From NCBI GenBank assembly GCA_040767085.1, contig JAXGPF010000003.1, forward strand, positions 64,001 through 128,000: 64,000 nucleotides of DNA, in the 5' to 3' direction. Within the stretch, counting starts at the first letter, position 1. Each line of letters begins with the position of its first letter. The DNA comes from Kiritimatiellia bacterium. GTDB taxonomy: Bacteria; Verrucomicrobiota; Kiritimatiellia; JAAZAB01. Positions 42,481 to 52,591 of the stretch are shown here, in pieces. The notes under the pieces are model-generated. The model saw only the letters and a program-made list of their open reading frames with translations. It had not been told where the DNA came from and made no database searches. Made by a program: the position numbers and the translations under genes.

Positions 42481-42534
42481 CGTAATATTACCAACCGCTG
42501 TGCCAGATGACACGGAGCAGCAGAATTTCAACTT

Positions 42535-43368
42535 TCAGATTTCCTCTTCCCCTACCCGGTCAATCCATTTCCGCGTCTGATCCACTGTTTCCAGGCCGAT
42601 ATCCGCAATGCAATTGGAACACAGCACAATGCCTTCCAGCGCGCCGCGCCTGATCCACTTTTCGTAACAGTCAAGCTGGTGCTGCATCTGCTCCGGGGTC
42701 AGCGGACAGCGCTCGCCGTAATTCCACATGTAACAGCCGGCCAGATGCCGTTTGCCCGGCGTTTTTTCGACGCACTTCCGGATGTTCTCGTCCAATTGCG
42801 CCAGGTCGCTGCCTTTCCAGGTCCAGAGCGTGATCACGTCGCACAGTTCCAGGTACTCGCTGACCTGGAAGTCCAACTGGTAGGAATACCATACCATCCA
42901 TAAATCCAGCCGCCGCCCGGGAAAACCATGCAGCTTGTCCCGGATGGACCGGATGCTGTCCACCGTGTGCCGGGCGATCGTGCCGCTGTTTTTGAAGCCT
43001 TCCACCGATTTGAAAAAGTCATCCAGCACCGCGCCGGTGACGTTCGGATATTTTCCCGCCTGGCGCAGGACTTCCTCGATGTCGCTCTTGTTTTCGCTGT
43101 TGCGTTTCACGCCGCCGGCGCCGACGGCGGACCAGACCACCTGCCGGCATTCCTTCAGCTTTTCCGATTCGGCATCGAACGGCGGCACCGGGCCCGCCAC
43201 CATCGCCACCCGGCAACAATTGGGAATGCCGAAGAATTTGCAGCCTTCGGCGGCATCCATCCGGTTGACGCCGGGCAGCCGGTAGCCGTTAACTCCGCCC
43301 TGCCCGACGCCATGATGGCTGCCGACATTCTGCCCCCACAACCAGAAATTATCCCGTCTTTTTTTCAT
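42535..43368 (-). CDS. Hypothetical TIM-barrel-like protein
   Basis: FWLWG, GAVLDDF, DVITLWTW, NYGE. Confidence 0.7.
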   Translation of the reverse strand: MKKRRDNFWLWGQNVGSHHGVGQGGVNGYRLPGVNRMDAAEGCKFFGIPNCCRVAMVAGPVPPFDAESEKLKECRQVVWSAVGAGGVKRNSENKSDIEEVLRQAGKYPNVTGAVLDDFFKSVEGFKNSGTIARHTVDSIRSIRDKLHGFPGRRLDLWMVWYSYQLDFQVSEYLELCDVITLWTWKGSDLAQLDENIRKCVEKTPGKRHLAGCYMWNYGERCPLTPEQMQHQLDCYEKWIRRGALEGIVLCSNCIADIGLETVDQTRKWIDRVGEEEI

Positions 43369-43494
43369 ATTCTCCCGCCCTATTCAATCTTTTATGGCTA
43401 TTCAGATAATTCACCGCCAAAGAACGCAAGGAACACAAAGATGCTTCTTTTTTTTGCGTTTGAGTTTCTTTGAGGTTTTTGCGCTCTTTCGTGG

Positions 43495-44652
43495 TTAATT
43501 TAAGATGTTGATCTGCCGTTTGTAATTCGATAGTTCCTCCGCCGGCCCGTTTTTGATGATCACACCGTCTTCCCAGCGGAACCCCTGGCGCTTTTCCGCC
43601 AGGAACATGTCCACCATGAACACCATGTTTTCCGCCAGCGTGAAAGTCGAAGATGTTTCTAAAAACGGGTATTCGCATTCCATCTGGCCGCAACCGTGCG
43701 CCGGACCGTAAAGGATCGTATGGCCGTAACCCTGCGCCCGGATCCAGTCATGCACCCTGGTCGCCACCGACGCGGCCGGCGCGCCGGCGCGCATCAGGTC
43801 AATCGTCATGTTCATGGCGTCCAGCCCGACCTGCATGAATTTTTGCGTTTCAGGCGGACATTGCCCCAGGACCACCGGCCGGCCGATGCTGGCGCTGTAG
43901 CCGGCGACTTTGGCGCCGACACTGAAATGAATGATCTCGCCCGCCTGCACTTTGCGATGAGTCGGGCGGCTGATGGCCTGGATCGAGTTCGGCCCGCTGC
44001 AGCACCAGATCGGGTAGCCGGTGGCCTCCGCGCCGTTGGCCAGCATAGCCCCGGCGGCAATGCCGGCCAGCTGGACTTCCGTCATCCCCGTCTTGATGTT
44101 TTCCAGGATGGCCTTGAAACCCAGCTCGGAAATTTTGGCGGCCCGGCGCAGGCAATTGAGTTCGTTTTCCGTCTTGGACATGGCTACCGCGCGCACGACC
44201 TCGTCGGCATTGACGATATCCGTCTTGCCGGCCGCCGCCCGCAGATTTTCCATCATGGTATGCGGAAACATGTGCCAGCCGGCAATCCCGATCCGGCGCG
44301 GCTGGTACCCGGCAATGATATCGCGCCACTCCGGCAGCTTGGAGCCGGGATAGTCCGGCTGCGACGACTCCCGGAAGTCCTTGAGTTGCATGATATGCGG
44401 TATTTTCGAGCGCGCGGCGGCAAATGTCCGGCTTTCCGGACCGATCAGCAGGGCCGCCGGCTTTTCCAGGGGAATCAAAACCGCCGCGGTCTCAAAACTC
44501 GGCCAATAATCGGAATAATACCGGACATGGGCCGGTTCGGATTCCGTGGAAAAAGCCAGCAGTAAATCCAGCCCGGCGGATTGCATCGCCTGCCGCGTGC
44601 GGTCGGCGCGCTGTTGAAACTCCGCGTCTGGTATGCTTGGGATATGGGACAT
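43495..44652 (-). CDS. M24-family (Xaa-Pro peptidase/creatinase-like) protein
   Basis: KTENEL..LRRA, GMTE, CSGPNS, HGCGQMECEYP, FRWEDGV; AAGGAG RBS upstream. Confidence 0.88.
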   Translation of the reverse strand: MSHIPSIPDAEFQQRADRTRQAMQSAGLDLLLAFSTESEPAHVRYYSDYWPSFETAAVLIPLEKPAALLIGPESRTFAAARSKIPHIMQLKDFRESSQPDYPGSKLPEWRDIIAGYQPRRIGIAGWHMFPHTMMENLRAAAGKTDIVNADEVVRAVAMSKTENELNCLRRAAKISELGFKAILENIKTGMTEVQLAGIAAGAMLANGAEATGYPIWCCSGPNSIQAISRPTHRKVQAGEIIHFSVGAKVAGYSASIGRPVVLGQCPPETQKFMQVGLDAMNMTIDLMRAGAPAASVATRVHDWIRAQGYGHTILYGPAHGCGQMECEYPFLETSSTFTLAENMVFMVDMFLAEKRQGFRWEDGVIIKNGPAEELSNYKRQINILN

Positions 44653-44771
44653 GTTCATAGCTCCTTGTGCATTGTCTGAATCGGCGGCCGGCGTGATTCC
44701 TCCGCATGGGGAAAGCATAAGGCAAATCCGGATTTGACACAAACGGACAAAACAACTATTTTGTGTAAAAA

Positions 44772-45605
44772 ATGACAATCGCGCGCATAACTTCTTTTAA
44801 TGAATTTCATGTCCACCCGCTGGTGGCCAGCTATATCCGCCTCTCCGCCGCCACCAACCGCTGGAATTTCCCGAAGGCGGCCGCGCCCTACTGGCGGATT
44901 TACTGGAATAACCGGCCGGGCGCCCACATCAGCCAGGGCGGCCGGCGCATTGCCCTCCATCCCGGCATCCTGGCGATCATTCCGCCCGACGCGGTTTTCT
45001 CCACGCGCTGCGGCATTCCCGGCGCCATCCAGCATTTTTACCTGCACTTCCTCGTCCACCCGCTGCCGGCCGACGCCCGCGCCGGAATTGTTGCGCTCAG
45101 GCTGGAACAGCCGGAACACGCCATGCTGGAAAAAATCATCCATCTGCTGCGCGCCGACCCGGCGGGGGCCGGCGCCAGCCGGACGCAATTTTCCCTGGCG
45201 GTTAACTGTTTGATTGAATGGTCGCTGGCAAGCGCCGCCAAAGCCTGGCGCGCGGCGCCCGCCCTCGACGCGCGCATTCTGAAAGTCATGCGCTACATCG
45301 CCGACCGGTTAGGCTCGCCCCTGCCCCATCCAGACCTGGCGCGCCAGGCGGATATGAGCGTCACCGCCTTCCGGACATTGTTCAGGGAGCAAGCCGGGCA
45401 GACGCCGCACGCCTACATCCGCGCCAAGCGTGTGGAAAAAGCCGCGCAACTGCTGCACACGCGCGACTATTCCATTAAGCAAATCGCCGCCTTAACCGGC
45501 TTTTACGACACGCACCATTTCACCCGGGTCTTTCACCGCCTGCAGGGGATTACCCCGGCGGAATTCCGGCGCCATGGCGAAAATCCTTTCATCGCCGCCG
45601 GCTGA
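44772..45605 (+). CDS. AraC-family regulator, divergent from the island
   Basis: YSIKQIAALTGFYDTHHFTRVF...TPAEFR. Confidence 0.93.
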   Translation: MTIARITSFNEFHVHPLVASYIRLSAATNRWNFPKAAAPYWRIYWNNRPGAHISQGGRRIALHPGILAIIPPDAVFSTRCGIPGAIQHFYLHFLVHPLPADARAGIVALRLEQPEHAMLEKIIHLLRADPAGAGASRTQFSLAVNCLIEWSLASAAKAWRAAPALDARILKVMRYIADRLGSPLPHPDLARQADMSVTAFRTLFREQAGQTPHAYIRAKRVEKAAQLLHTRDYSIKQIAALTGFYDTHHFTRVFHRLQGITPAEFRRHGENPFIAAG

Positions 45606-45726
45606 TATAAGCGGACGTCCGGCATCCGGATTTTGGAAAAACCGCCTGAATCCGGCGTTATTTGGTTGACTTTCCTCCCCGTGTTTAGCAAATTTCCGCA
45701 CGGGCAACCCGGGAGGCGGCAAGACA

Positions 45727-47076
45727 ATGCATTCAACAGTATGTAAATTCGGCGGCACGTCGCTGGCGACGCGCGATCAGATCGAAAAATGCCTGGCCAT
45801 CATGCTGGCCGATCCGGCCCGGAAATACATGGTAGTATCCGCTCCGGGCAGCCGGCATAAGGGCGATATCAAAATCACCGACCTGCTGATCCGCGCGGCG
45901 GGCGAATTCCGGAACAGCCGGCGTTCCGAAGCCGCCGAAGCAGTGGTTTCCCGGTTCGCCGAAATCATTCCGGAAGACCCCGCCATGGTGGGCAACCTCG
46001 CCGAAAATCTGCGGCGGCGCCTGGAAAATACCGGCGCGGAAAATTACGTTGAATCGCTCAAGGCGTTCGGCGAGTATGCCTGCGCCCGCGCCGTGCAGGC
46101 CATCCTGGAACGCCAGGGCGTCCACGCCGTTTTCATGGACCCGCTTGATTTCGGCTTGCGCATCGCCCACAACGGCGTCAGCGCTCAGCCCGATCACCGC
46201 TGCTACAAGCAGATGGGCCGGAAATTGCACGCCGGCGCCGCCGGCGCGCTCGCAATCATTCCCGGCTTTTACGGCTGCGACAAAGACGGGCATCTGCGCA
46301 CCCTGCCCCGCGGCGGCAGCGACACCAGCGGCGCGGCCGTCGCCCGGGCTGTCGGCGCCGGGATTTATGAAAACTGGACCGACGAGGACGGCCTGCGGCG
46401 CGCCGATCCGCGCATTGTCGCCAACGCCGCCACGATTCCATCCATGACCTACGACGAGGCGCGGGAACTGGCTTACATGGGTTTCAAGCTGCAGGACGCC
46501 TGCTTCGGCCCGATCAAGGGCACGGGCATCGTCCTGAGCGTGCGCAACACCAACAACCCCAACCATCCCGGCACGCGCATCATGGACGTCCGGGAAGTGG
46601 ATCCGGAAGAGCGCATTGTCGGCGTCGCCCGCGAGGATGGTTTCGTCTCCATCGGTATGCGCAAGCTGTACATTGACAAGGAAGTCGGCTTCGGCCGGAA
46701 AATGCTGGGCGTGCCGGAAAAGCTCAAGCTGCCTTACGAGCATACCCCCGACGGCGTTGACAGCACCGCGCTGGTGCTGGCGAAAAAATACATGCAGACG
46801 CCCGAAGCGCTGAACACGGTGGTGGAAAAACTGAAACAAGCCTGCCGCCCCGATACGATGATGATCCGCGACATGGCGCTCGTTTCCATCGCCGGCCAGG
46901 GCATGAAGAATCACTACGACGTCCATGCCCGCGCTTTCGCCGCCCTGGCGCGGGAAAAGATTGCTGTCCTGATGATTGACGACGGCGCTGATGATTTGAG
47001 CTGCTTCATCGGCGTGGACCAGGACCGCTCAGCCGACGCCGTCCGCGCCATCTACACCGAGTTCTACCCGCCCTGA
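45727..47076 (+). CDS. lysC: Aspartate kinase
   Basis: CKFGGTSLA, VVSAPG, TLPRGGSDTSGA, YENWTD, C-terminal ACT domains. Confidence 0.93.
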   Translation: MHSTVCKFGGTSLATRDQIEKCLAIMLADPARKYMVVSAPGSRHKGDIKITDLLIRAAGEFRNSRRSEAAEAVVSRFAEIIPEDPAMVGNLAENLRRRLENTGAENYVESLKAFGEYACARAVQAILERQGVHAVFMDPLDFGLRIAHNGVSAQPDHRCYKQMGRKLHAGAAGALAIIPGFYGCDKDGHLRTLPRGGSDTSGAAVARAVGAGIYENWTDEDGLRRADPRIVANAATIPSMTYDEARELAYMGFKLQDACFGPIKGTGIVLSVRNTNNPNHPGTRIMDVREVDPEERIVGVAREDGFVSIGMRKLYIDKEVGFGRKMLGVPEKLKLPYEHTPDGVDSTALVLAKKYMQTPEALNTVVEKLKQACRPDTMMIRDMALVSIAGQGMKNHYDVHARAFAALAREKIAVLMIDDGADDLSCFIGVDQDRSADAVRAIYTEFYPP

Positions 47077-47180
47077 TTCCGCTGCGGCGGCTGCCTAATG
47101 CCGCATTTTACGCGGCATCAGTAACCGCGATTCCCCGGCCAGTCGCTTCCGGCCACGGCTGTGTCATTCTCGGAAAAGAA

Positions 47181-47255
47181 GGCTCGGCAGGGACGCCTCG
47201 CCTTACCATTTTGGCCATATCTGCCTGAGGTGGGGCGAACCGTCCCTGGTGAGCC
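47181..47255. repeat. REP doublet (REPIN-like)
   Basis: ggctcggcagggacgcctcgccttacc ... ggtggggcgaaccgtccctggtgagcc. Confidence 0.6.
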
Positions 47256-47338
47256 GCAAACATGACGCAGCCGTGCTTCCGGCCCGCATCCGGCTGAAAA
47301 CGGGTGACGCCCGCTTTGAGTTATGATATGCTGCACGC

Positions 47339-48343
47339 ATGGAATCTTCGTCAACAGCCAAAACCCAGCCGGCTGCGCCGGATTTCGGCCGCCTGACGCC
47401 GGACGCCGTGATCAACGCCGTTGAAGATGCGCTGGGAATGCCCTGCACCAACCAATGCCGCCCCCTGAACAGCTACATCAACCGCGTTTATGAAGTCGGC
47501 CTGGCGGATGGCGGCAGCGTGATCGTCAAATTTTACCGCCCGGGCCGCTGGAGCCGCGCGGCGCTCCAGGACGAGCTGGATTTTATCGCGGAACTGCACG
47601 CGGCGGAAGTTTCGGTCGTGCCGCCGCTCCCGGGCCGCGATGCAACGCATTTGCACGATTTGGGCGGCACGGCTTTCGCCGTGTTCCCCAAAAAAGGCGG
47701 CCGGCCTCTGGACGAACCAGATCGCAACTGCTGGATTCAGCTCGGCCGTCTGATTGCCCGCATGCATGTCGTCGGCGCACAGCGCCTGCCGCGCGACCGC
47801 GTCCGGCTGCATCCGCGGCATTCCACCCTCGGCCACCTGCGTTATATTCTGGATTCCGGCACGCTCCCGGCCCAATACCGGGACCGCTACGAGCGGACGG
47901 TGATGGAATTGATCGAGCAAATTGCGCCGCTGTTTGAAGGCGTGGAAACGCTGCGCATTCACGGCGACTGCCATTGCGGCAATATCCTCCACCGGCCGGG
48001 CGAGGGTTATCACCTGCTGGACTTCGACGACATGGCGGTCGGCCCGGCCATCCAGGACATCTGGCTGATCCTCCCCAACCGACTGCCGGAGGCGCGGACT
48101 GAACTGGAATGGGTGCTGGAAGGCTACGAGACCTTCTGCGATTTTCCCCGCGCTACCCTGCGGCTGATCGAACCCCTGCGCGCCATGCGCTTCATCCATT
48201 ACACCGCCTGGTGCGCCCGGCAGAAAGCCGACGGCGGATTCGCCCGGCTGCTCCCGGAATGGGGCTCCGCCCAGTTCTGGCGCCAGGAAATCGCCGACCT
48301 TCAAAACCAGCAGCGCGAAATTATCGACGCGTTATCCGCCTGA
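47339..48343 (+). CDS. srkA: Ser/Thr kinase, SrkA/RdoA (YihE) family
   Basis: LNSYINRVY, VKFYRPGRWS, HGDCH.GNIL, DFDD, GPAIQDIW, LIEPLRAMR. Confidence 0.9.
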   Translation: MESSSTAKTQPAAPDFGRLTPDAVINAVEDALGMPCTNQCRPLNSYINRVYEVGLADGGSVIVKFYRPGRWSRAALQDELDFIAELHAAEVSVVPPLPGRDATHLHDLGGTAFAVFPKKGGRPLDEPDRNCWIQLGRLIARMHVVGAQRLPRDRVRLHPRHSTLGHLRYILDSGTLPAQYRDRYERTVMELIEQIAPLFEGVETLRIHGDCHCGNILHRPGEGYHLLDFDDMAVGPAIQDIWLILPNRLPEARTELEWVLEGYETFCDFPRATLRLIEPLRAMRFIHYTAWCARQKADGGFARLLPEWGSAQFWRQEIADLQNQQREIIDALSA

Positions 48344-48385
48344 CAATTTGAGCAAATTTCAAAACGTGAGTTTTTGAAACACGGA

Positions 48386-48838
48386 TAGTAGCATCCCATA
48401 GAAAATCACTTTATGCTCTCACAAAGCCTCAAAGCCGCAAAGAAGATGCGGGATTTTTCACCACAGAGCCGGATGAGTGGAGGGAGTGCGGTAGAAACCC
48501 GCCTTCGCTAAAGCTACGGCGGGTAAGCACAGGCACAGAAAAGAGCATAGATGTAATGGAATTGAATGGGATGCCGCGCTGTCCGCCAGGCGGACAGTGA
48601 TCGGCGGACGCGCTGATACCCGAATTGATTCGCGTATCAGCGTGTCAACCGATCCGTCAGACCGGCAGATGCCGGTCGCCGCGGCAATTGGCAATACATC
48701 TGATCATTTTGTGTAAATCTTTGTGCCTTCGTGTCTTTGTGTGAGTATTTCTGGATCTGTTGATTTACGCCAAACTCAAATTTCCTTAAAGAATATTGCC
48801 GTTTTCAGGTGATAAATCATATCTATGGGATGATAGTG
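48386..48838. mobile_element. ~450-bp non-coding MITE-like element (CATCCCATAG-type ends)
   Basis: Ends tagtagcatcccataga / tctatgggatgatagtg; (g)aaacacgga(t) duplicated on both sides; cargo of hairpins and short repeats. Confidence 0.78.
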
Positions 48839-48853
48839 AAACACGGATGCAGG

Positions 48854-49717
48854 CTATAATTTCAGCAGACGCCGGGCATTCCCGCGGGCGATTTTCTCGA
48901 AGGCCGCGTCGCTGATCAAGCCGCGCGCGCGCAGGTCCTGCAGGAATCCGGGCAACGGCACCTGGGCGTCGGCCGCGCAGATATCCGTGCCGAACGCCAG
49001 GCGGTCCTGGAACTCGTTCAGAAACTTCACGGCATATTCCGGATCGCGCGCCAGGGCGTTATACCCGCTGCCGGCCGACAGGTCGCCCCAGAGATTCTGA
49101 TACTTGCGCATGAGTTTGGGCACCACACCCTCTTCCTGCACCAATCCCCGGGGATACCCGGCGCGCGACATGGGGGTTTCCAACCGCGCGATTTCCGCCC
49201 AGAACGGCGGACCATGCCCCAGGAACACCAGGTTGGGGAACAACTGCAGACAGCGTTCCAGTTGGGGCATGCCGGGCTCGTCGTACAGCCCGTACTTGCC
49301 GCCGATGGTTGGCGAACCGTCAAAAATCAGCGGAAACCCGACGGACTGGACATGTTTGAAAAGATTCAAGACCAGCGGGTGCAGGAATGGAAGGTTGGGC
49401 ATGACCTCGCCGATGCCGCGGCAGCCCCGGTCGCGGAAATAACGCAGCAGGTCGCCCAGCGGTGCATCGCAACTGTTCGTCAGCGCCCGGGGATCAATAT
49501 TGCAGAACGGGATGAACCGGTCCGGCCACTTATCCGCCATTTCCAGTATATCGTCGTTCGACTGCGGCAGGTATACTTCCGGGCTGACCAACGGCAGGAG
49601 CACCGCCTTTTCAATTCCCAGCCGGTCATGCAGCGGGAAAAGCTCCTCCGGCAAGGCAAACCGGTTGGGGAATGGGCACGGCTTGCGGTAGGCATGGGCG
49701 TGAATGTCAAGAAACAT
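48854..49717 (-). CDS. Amidohydrolase_2-family protein
   Basis: MFLDIHAH, FIPFCNIDPR, GIGE, GDLSAGSG, FGTD. Confidence 0.9.
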   Translation of the reverse strand: MFLDIHAHAYRKPCPFPNRFALPEELFPLHDRLGIEKAVLLPLVSPEVYLPQSNDDILEMADKWPDRFIPFCNIDPRALTNSCDAPLGDLLRYFRDRGCRGIGEVMPNLPFLHPLVLNLFKHVQSVGFPLIFDGSPTIGGKYGLYDEPGMPQLERCLQLFPNLVFLGHGPPFWAEIARLETPMSRAGYPRGLVQEEGVVPKLMRKYQNLWGDLSAGSGYNALARDPEYAVKFLNEFQDRLAFGTDICAADAQVPLPGFLQDLRARGLISDAAFEKIARGNARRLLKL

Positions 49718-49999
49718 GATTGCTGGTCTCCAGGGTTCGGATGTTTTATAGCAGACTTCGCTGCAATAAAATGGTTTGCTTTCTCTTAAATCCCGCTCAT
49801 GGTCTAACGACGGCGAACACTTGGCAGGGCTGTCAGGCTCTGGCTGGCCCAGAGCGCAAGGCGCGGGCCGCGCTGGCGGCCTGTCTGCATGCATACACGC
49901 ACAGGCATGCGCCCCCTGTCTTTTGTCTTTATACAATTAATTGTTTTTAAAAGAGGCTAATGATGCTGGAGAGATTTTGCAAGGGAAAATCGGTGGGCC

Positions 50000-51082
50000 C
50001 TAACGATCCACAGACCACCTTTCGGCCTGCCGGAGCAATTCCTCGGCTTGAGCCTGATACTCCGTATTGGTCGCAATATACAAGCCCCTGGCCGACAGCA
50101 TTGAAAGCGCCTGCTCAACTTCTTCCGGGGGGATCGAGATGTGCAGGTTCTTGCCGGCGGCTTGCACCTTCTTCAGCACATCCACGAAGCGCAGAGGAGA
50201 CGGTTGCCCCGCGCCCGGCAGAATCTGCAGGGCCTGGAGCCGCGGCAACTCGCACAATACATCCACATGCCTGAACGCGCCGACGCCATCCACGTGGTAA
50301 ATCGAGTAATCCAAAAAGCGCGTCTGCCGCTCGATGGCCGGCAGAAACAAGTCGCAAAACATGGAGGTCGAAATATTGTATGAAAAATCGTTCGACACGG
50401 CGTAGGTTTTGCCTGGCGCCCAGATCCCTATCCAGCAGGCAGAGCCCTGCCGCGCGCCATTGACGGCCGCATATGTCCGGTCGTAAAAGTTAAACCACAT
50501 GTCCATCAGCCAGTCCTCCGCATCGCGGACTGCATCCGGACGTTCAACACAGTCAAGCAGCAATTGCTCCGTGCCCCGCAACGCCGCCAAAGTATCCCCG
50601 CCGTGATAAAAGGCGCCCATGGATGGGAACGACTTGCCCCTGGTTTCCACCATGGCCCGCGCCAGCACAGCAAAGTGATAACGGCAGGCGGGATGGTTTT
50701 CATCCAGGCGTAAAGAACGGATATCGAATCCCTCGGGATCCGTCAACAGCGGATCATGCCAGCCGGTTGCCATGTCAACTTGAAACGGGCACCCCAGGAT
50801 GGTGGGAATGGACGCGATGCCGGGGTAGCCGGCATGCCACATGGGAATCGCCTCCCCGCCATAGAAAGTCCGTGAAATGTTGTATTCTTTTCGCGCCGCG
50901 ATGGCATCCAGGTCGTACCACCGTTCCTGCAAGGTTTTCGGCGGCGGGGGTTCGGATCTGGCCGGCGGATTATCCCGCGGCGCCGTAACCGCCAGCGCGC
51001 AGCGTCCGAAATACTCATGGCGCCACCACTGCCGGAGCCGCTCCCGGACCGCTTCCCAGTCAGCTTTGTATGTCAAACCCAT
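50000..51082 (-). CDS. UroD/MtaA-CmuA-like TIM-barrel protein
   Basis: [15 protein letters not shown]...P, DFSYNIS..MF....LP, YHVDG. Confidence 0.75.
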   Translation of the reverse strand: MGLTYKADWEAVRERLRQWWRHEYFGRCALAVTAPRDNPPARSEPPPPKTLQERWYDLDAIAARKEYNISRTFYGGEAIPMWHAGYPGIASIPTILGCPFQVDMATGWHDPLLTDPEGFDIRSLRLDENHPACRYHFAVLARAMVETRGKSFPSMGAFYHGGDTLAALRGTEQLLLDCVERPDAVRDAEDWLMDMWFNFYDRTYAAVNGARQGSACWIGIWAPGKTYAVSNDFSYNISTSMFCDLFLPAIERQTRFLDYSIYHVDGVGAFRHVDVLCELPRLQALQILPGAGQPSPLRFVDVLKKVQAAGKNLHISIPPEEVEQALSMLSARGLYIATNTEYQAQAEELLRQAERWSVDR

Positions 51083-51105
51083 AGATTCACTCTCCCATTG
51101 CGCGC

Positions 51106-51420
51106 ATGACGCCATCCTCCCGCAGCATCAGGCTGGGACCGCGCTCGGCGAACGAACGCAGGAGCGCCTCGGCGGCCTGCTCCGGGAAACAGGGCAAAGC
51201 CGGGACCGAGGTGAAGCAGCGCCGCGGCCGGCCGGCCCGTAATGCGAGCCCACCCGTCGGCGGCGCAAGTACAAACGCCCTCGAACAGCCCGAACTCGAC
51301 ACGCATTCCAGGCTCGAGGGCTGCCACAATCGGCATCTCGGTGGTGCCGGGGTTTGCAAAACAAATCTCTACACCTGCGTGCAGGGCGGTATGGACCAAA
51401 CTTAATGCACCGGTGTTCAT
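51106..51420 (-). pseudogene. N-terminal fragment of a TPP-dependent acetolactate synthase-like enzyme
   Basis: [14 protein letters not shown]...[31 protein letters not shown], then similarity ends. Confidence 0.8.
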
Positions 51421-51458
51421 TCTCTCATCCGGCTTGCTGTGGTTACGTCCCACCGAAA

Positions 51459-52502
51459 TCACTTCTTGAGCGTGCAGCACGTGTCTAGGCATAGCTCCAT
51501 TCCCGCCCTTGGTGAGGCCCCACGGCAAAGGTAACCGGCGCCAAAGGCGTCCGGTTGACCGCCTTGTTCGATGTTTTTTTCCATAAGCTCAAAAGTTATG
51601 CCATGCCTCTTAAATACCGGGTGTTCGGGTGGGTCGCCCGGCGCTATTTGAAAGCCGAGTTTACGGAAAAAGCTAATTGATGTATTTCGTGCAATGGTAT
51701 GAATCCGATGGCACATTCTGTCTGAGGAGATACGACATAGTTCGGCAACGAGACTCCGACCGACACCTTTGCGTTGATGGTTTGGAGCGACTGCCAGATG
51801 TCTCAGTTCAATTTCATTCCCGTTTGTCCATACTGCGACCAAGGCCCCAATTATCTGTTTGTTTTCTTTGGCCGCTAACTCAATTTTTTCACCGTCAATA
51901 TTGAAGTTGTTCCGTATATCACGGGGAAGACCGAGAGGCTGCCATAGGACACTCCAGAGAAGTTCATCGATTTCTGCGACGTTGCACGCTGTTTTCACAA
52001 TTTCAACAGATGTCTTGTTCGCTTTCTGACTGTCTCGTGTATGTAATTTTTTCTTTCCAGACCAGTACTTCAAACACTCACCTTCGCCAACATCCAAAAC
52101 ACACTCATCAAATATTTTATATCCTAAATGCTCATAGAATTGCTTTGACGGCAAAGATATGCTCAGACTGATCTCTGGAATCCCCTTTTTCATCGCTATT
52201 TGTTCAAGATTAGTCATTACGGATTCGCCGTATCCTTGCCGCTGATGATTGGGACGCACAAATACGCCGAGTATTTCAGAGCCTTTCAACGATCCGGTTG
52301 CCAGAATTGAAGCATCCCGTTCGGATGTAAGAACCAATATGTCGCCAACTGCACTCCGCTCGATAATGTTCTTCTCGGAATGGTGTTCTTTAAAGAATGC
52401 CACCGCACGTGGTGGATACACACCTGAATACGAAGCGTCAATAGTTTCGCAGATCATGCGGTGAAGAGCATGCAAATCAGTCCTCTTGAATGGACGAATC
52501 AT
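51459..52502 (-). CDS. Cassette: tandem (two-domain) GNAT acetyltransferase
   Basis: Two motif A copies ([22 protein letters not shown]); lower GC; ORF reads through the attC. Confidence 0.85.
   Translation of the reverse strand: MIRPFKRTDLHALHRMICETIDASYSGVYPPRAVAFFKEHHSEKNIIERSAVGDILVLTSERDASILATGSLKGSEILGVFVRPNHQRQGYGESVMTNLEQIAMKKGIPEISLSISLPSKQFYEHLGYKIFDECVLDVGEGECLKYWSGKKKLHTRDSQKANKTSVEIVKTACNVAEIDELLWSVLWQPLGLPRDIRNNFNIDGEKIELAAKENKQIIGALVAVWTNGNEIELRHLAVAPNHQRKGVGRSLVAELCRISSDRMCHRIHTIARNTSISFFRKLGFQIAPGDPPEHPVFKRHGITFELMEKNIEQGGQPDAFGAGYLCRGASPRAGMELCLDTCCTLKK
51517..51572 (-). other. attC site, terminal (R' is GTGGGGC)
   Basis: ATCGAAC-aaggcggtcaaccggacgcc/ggcgccggttacc-GTG imperfect palindrome. 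Confidence 0.75.
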
Positions 52503-52528
52503 AGTTTTGACTTCCTTCACTACTTCTT

Positions 52529-52586
52529 GTCGAACGTCACCGTTCTCGCGCGGCTGTAAGCCGTCGCCAGGAACGGCTTGTTCGAC
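52529..52586 (-). other. attC site
   Basis: GTCGAAC...GTTCGAC with internal palindrome. Confidence 0.85.
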
Positions 52587-52591
52587 CGTTT

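Noticed and set aside
45606-45726. Lysine riboswitch upstream of lysC
   Set aside because: Only ~120 bp, with no recognisable aptamer or terminator.
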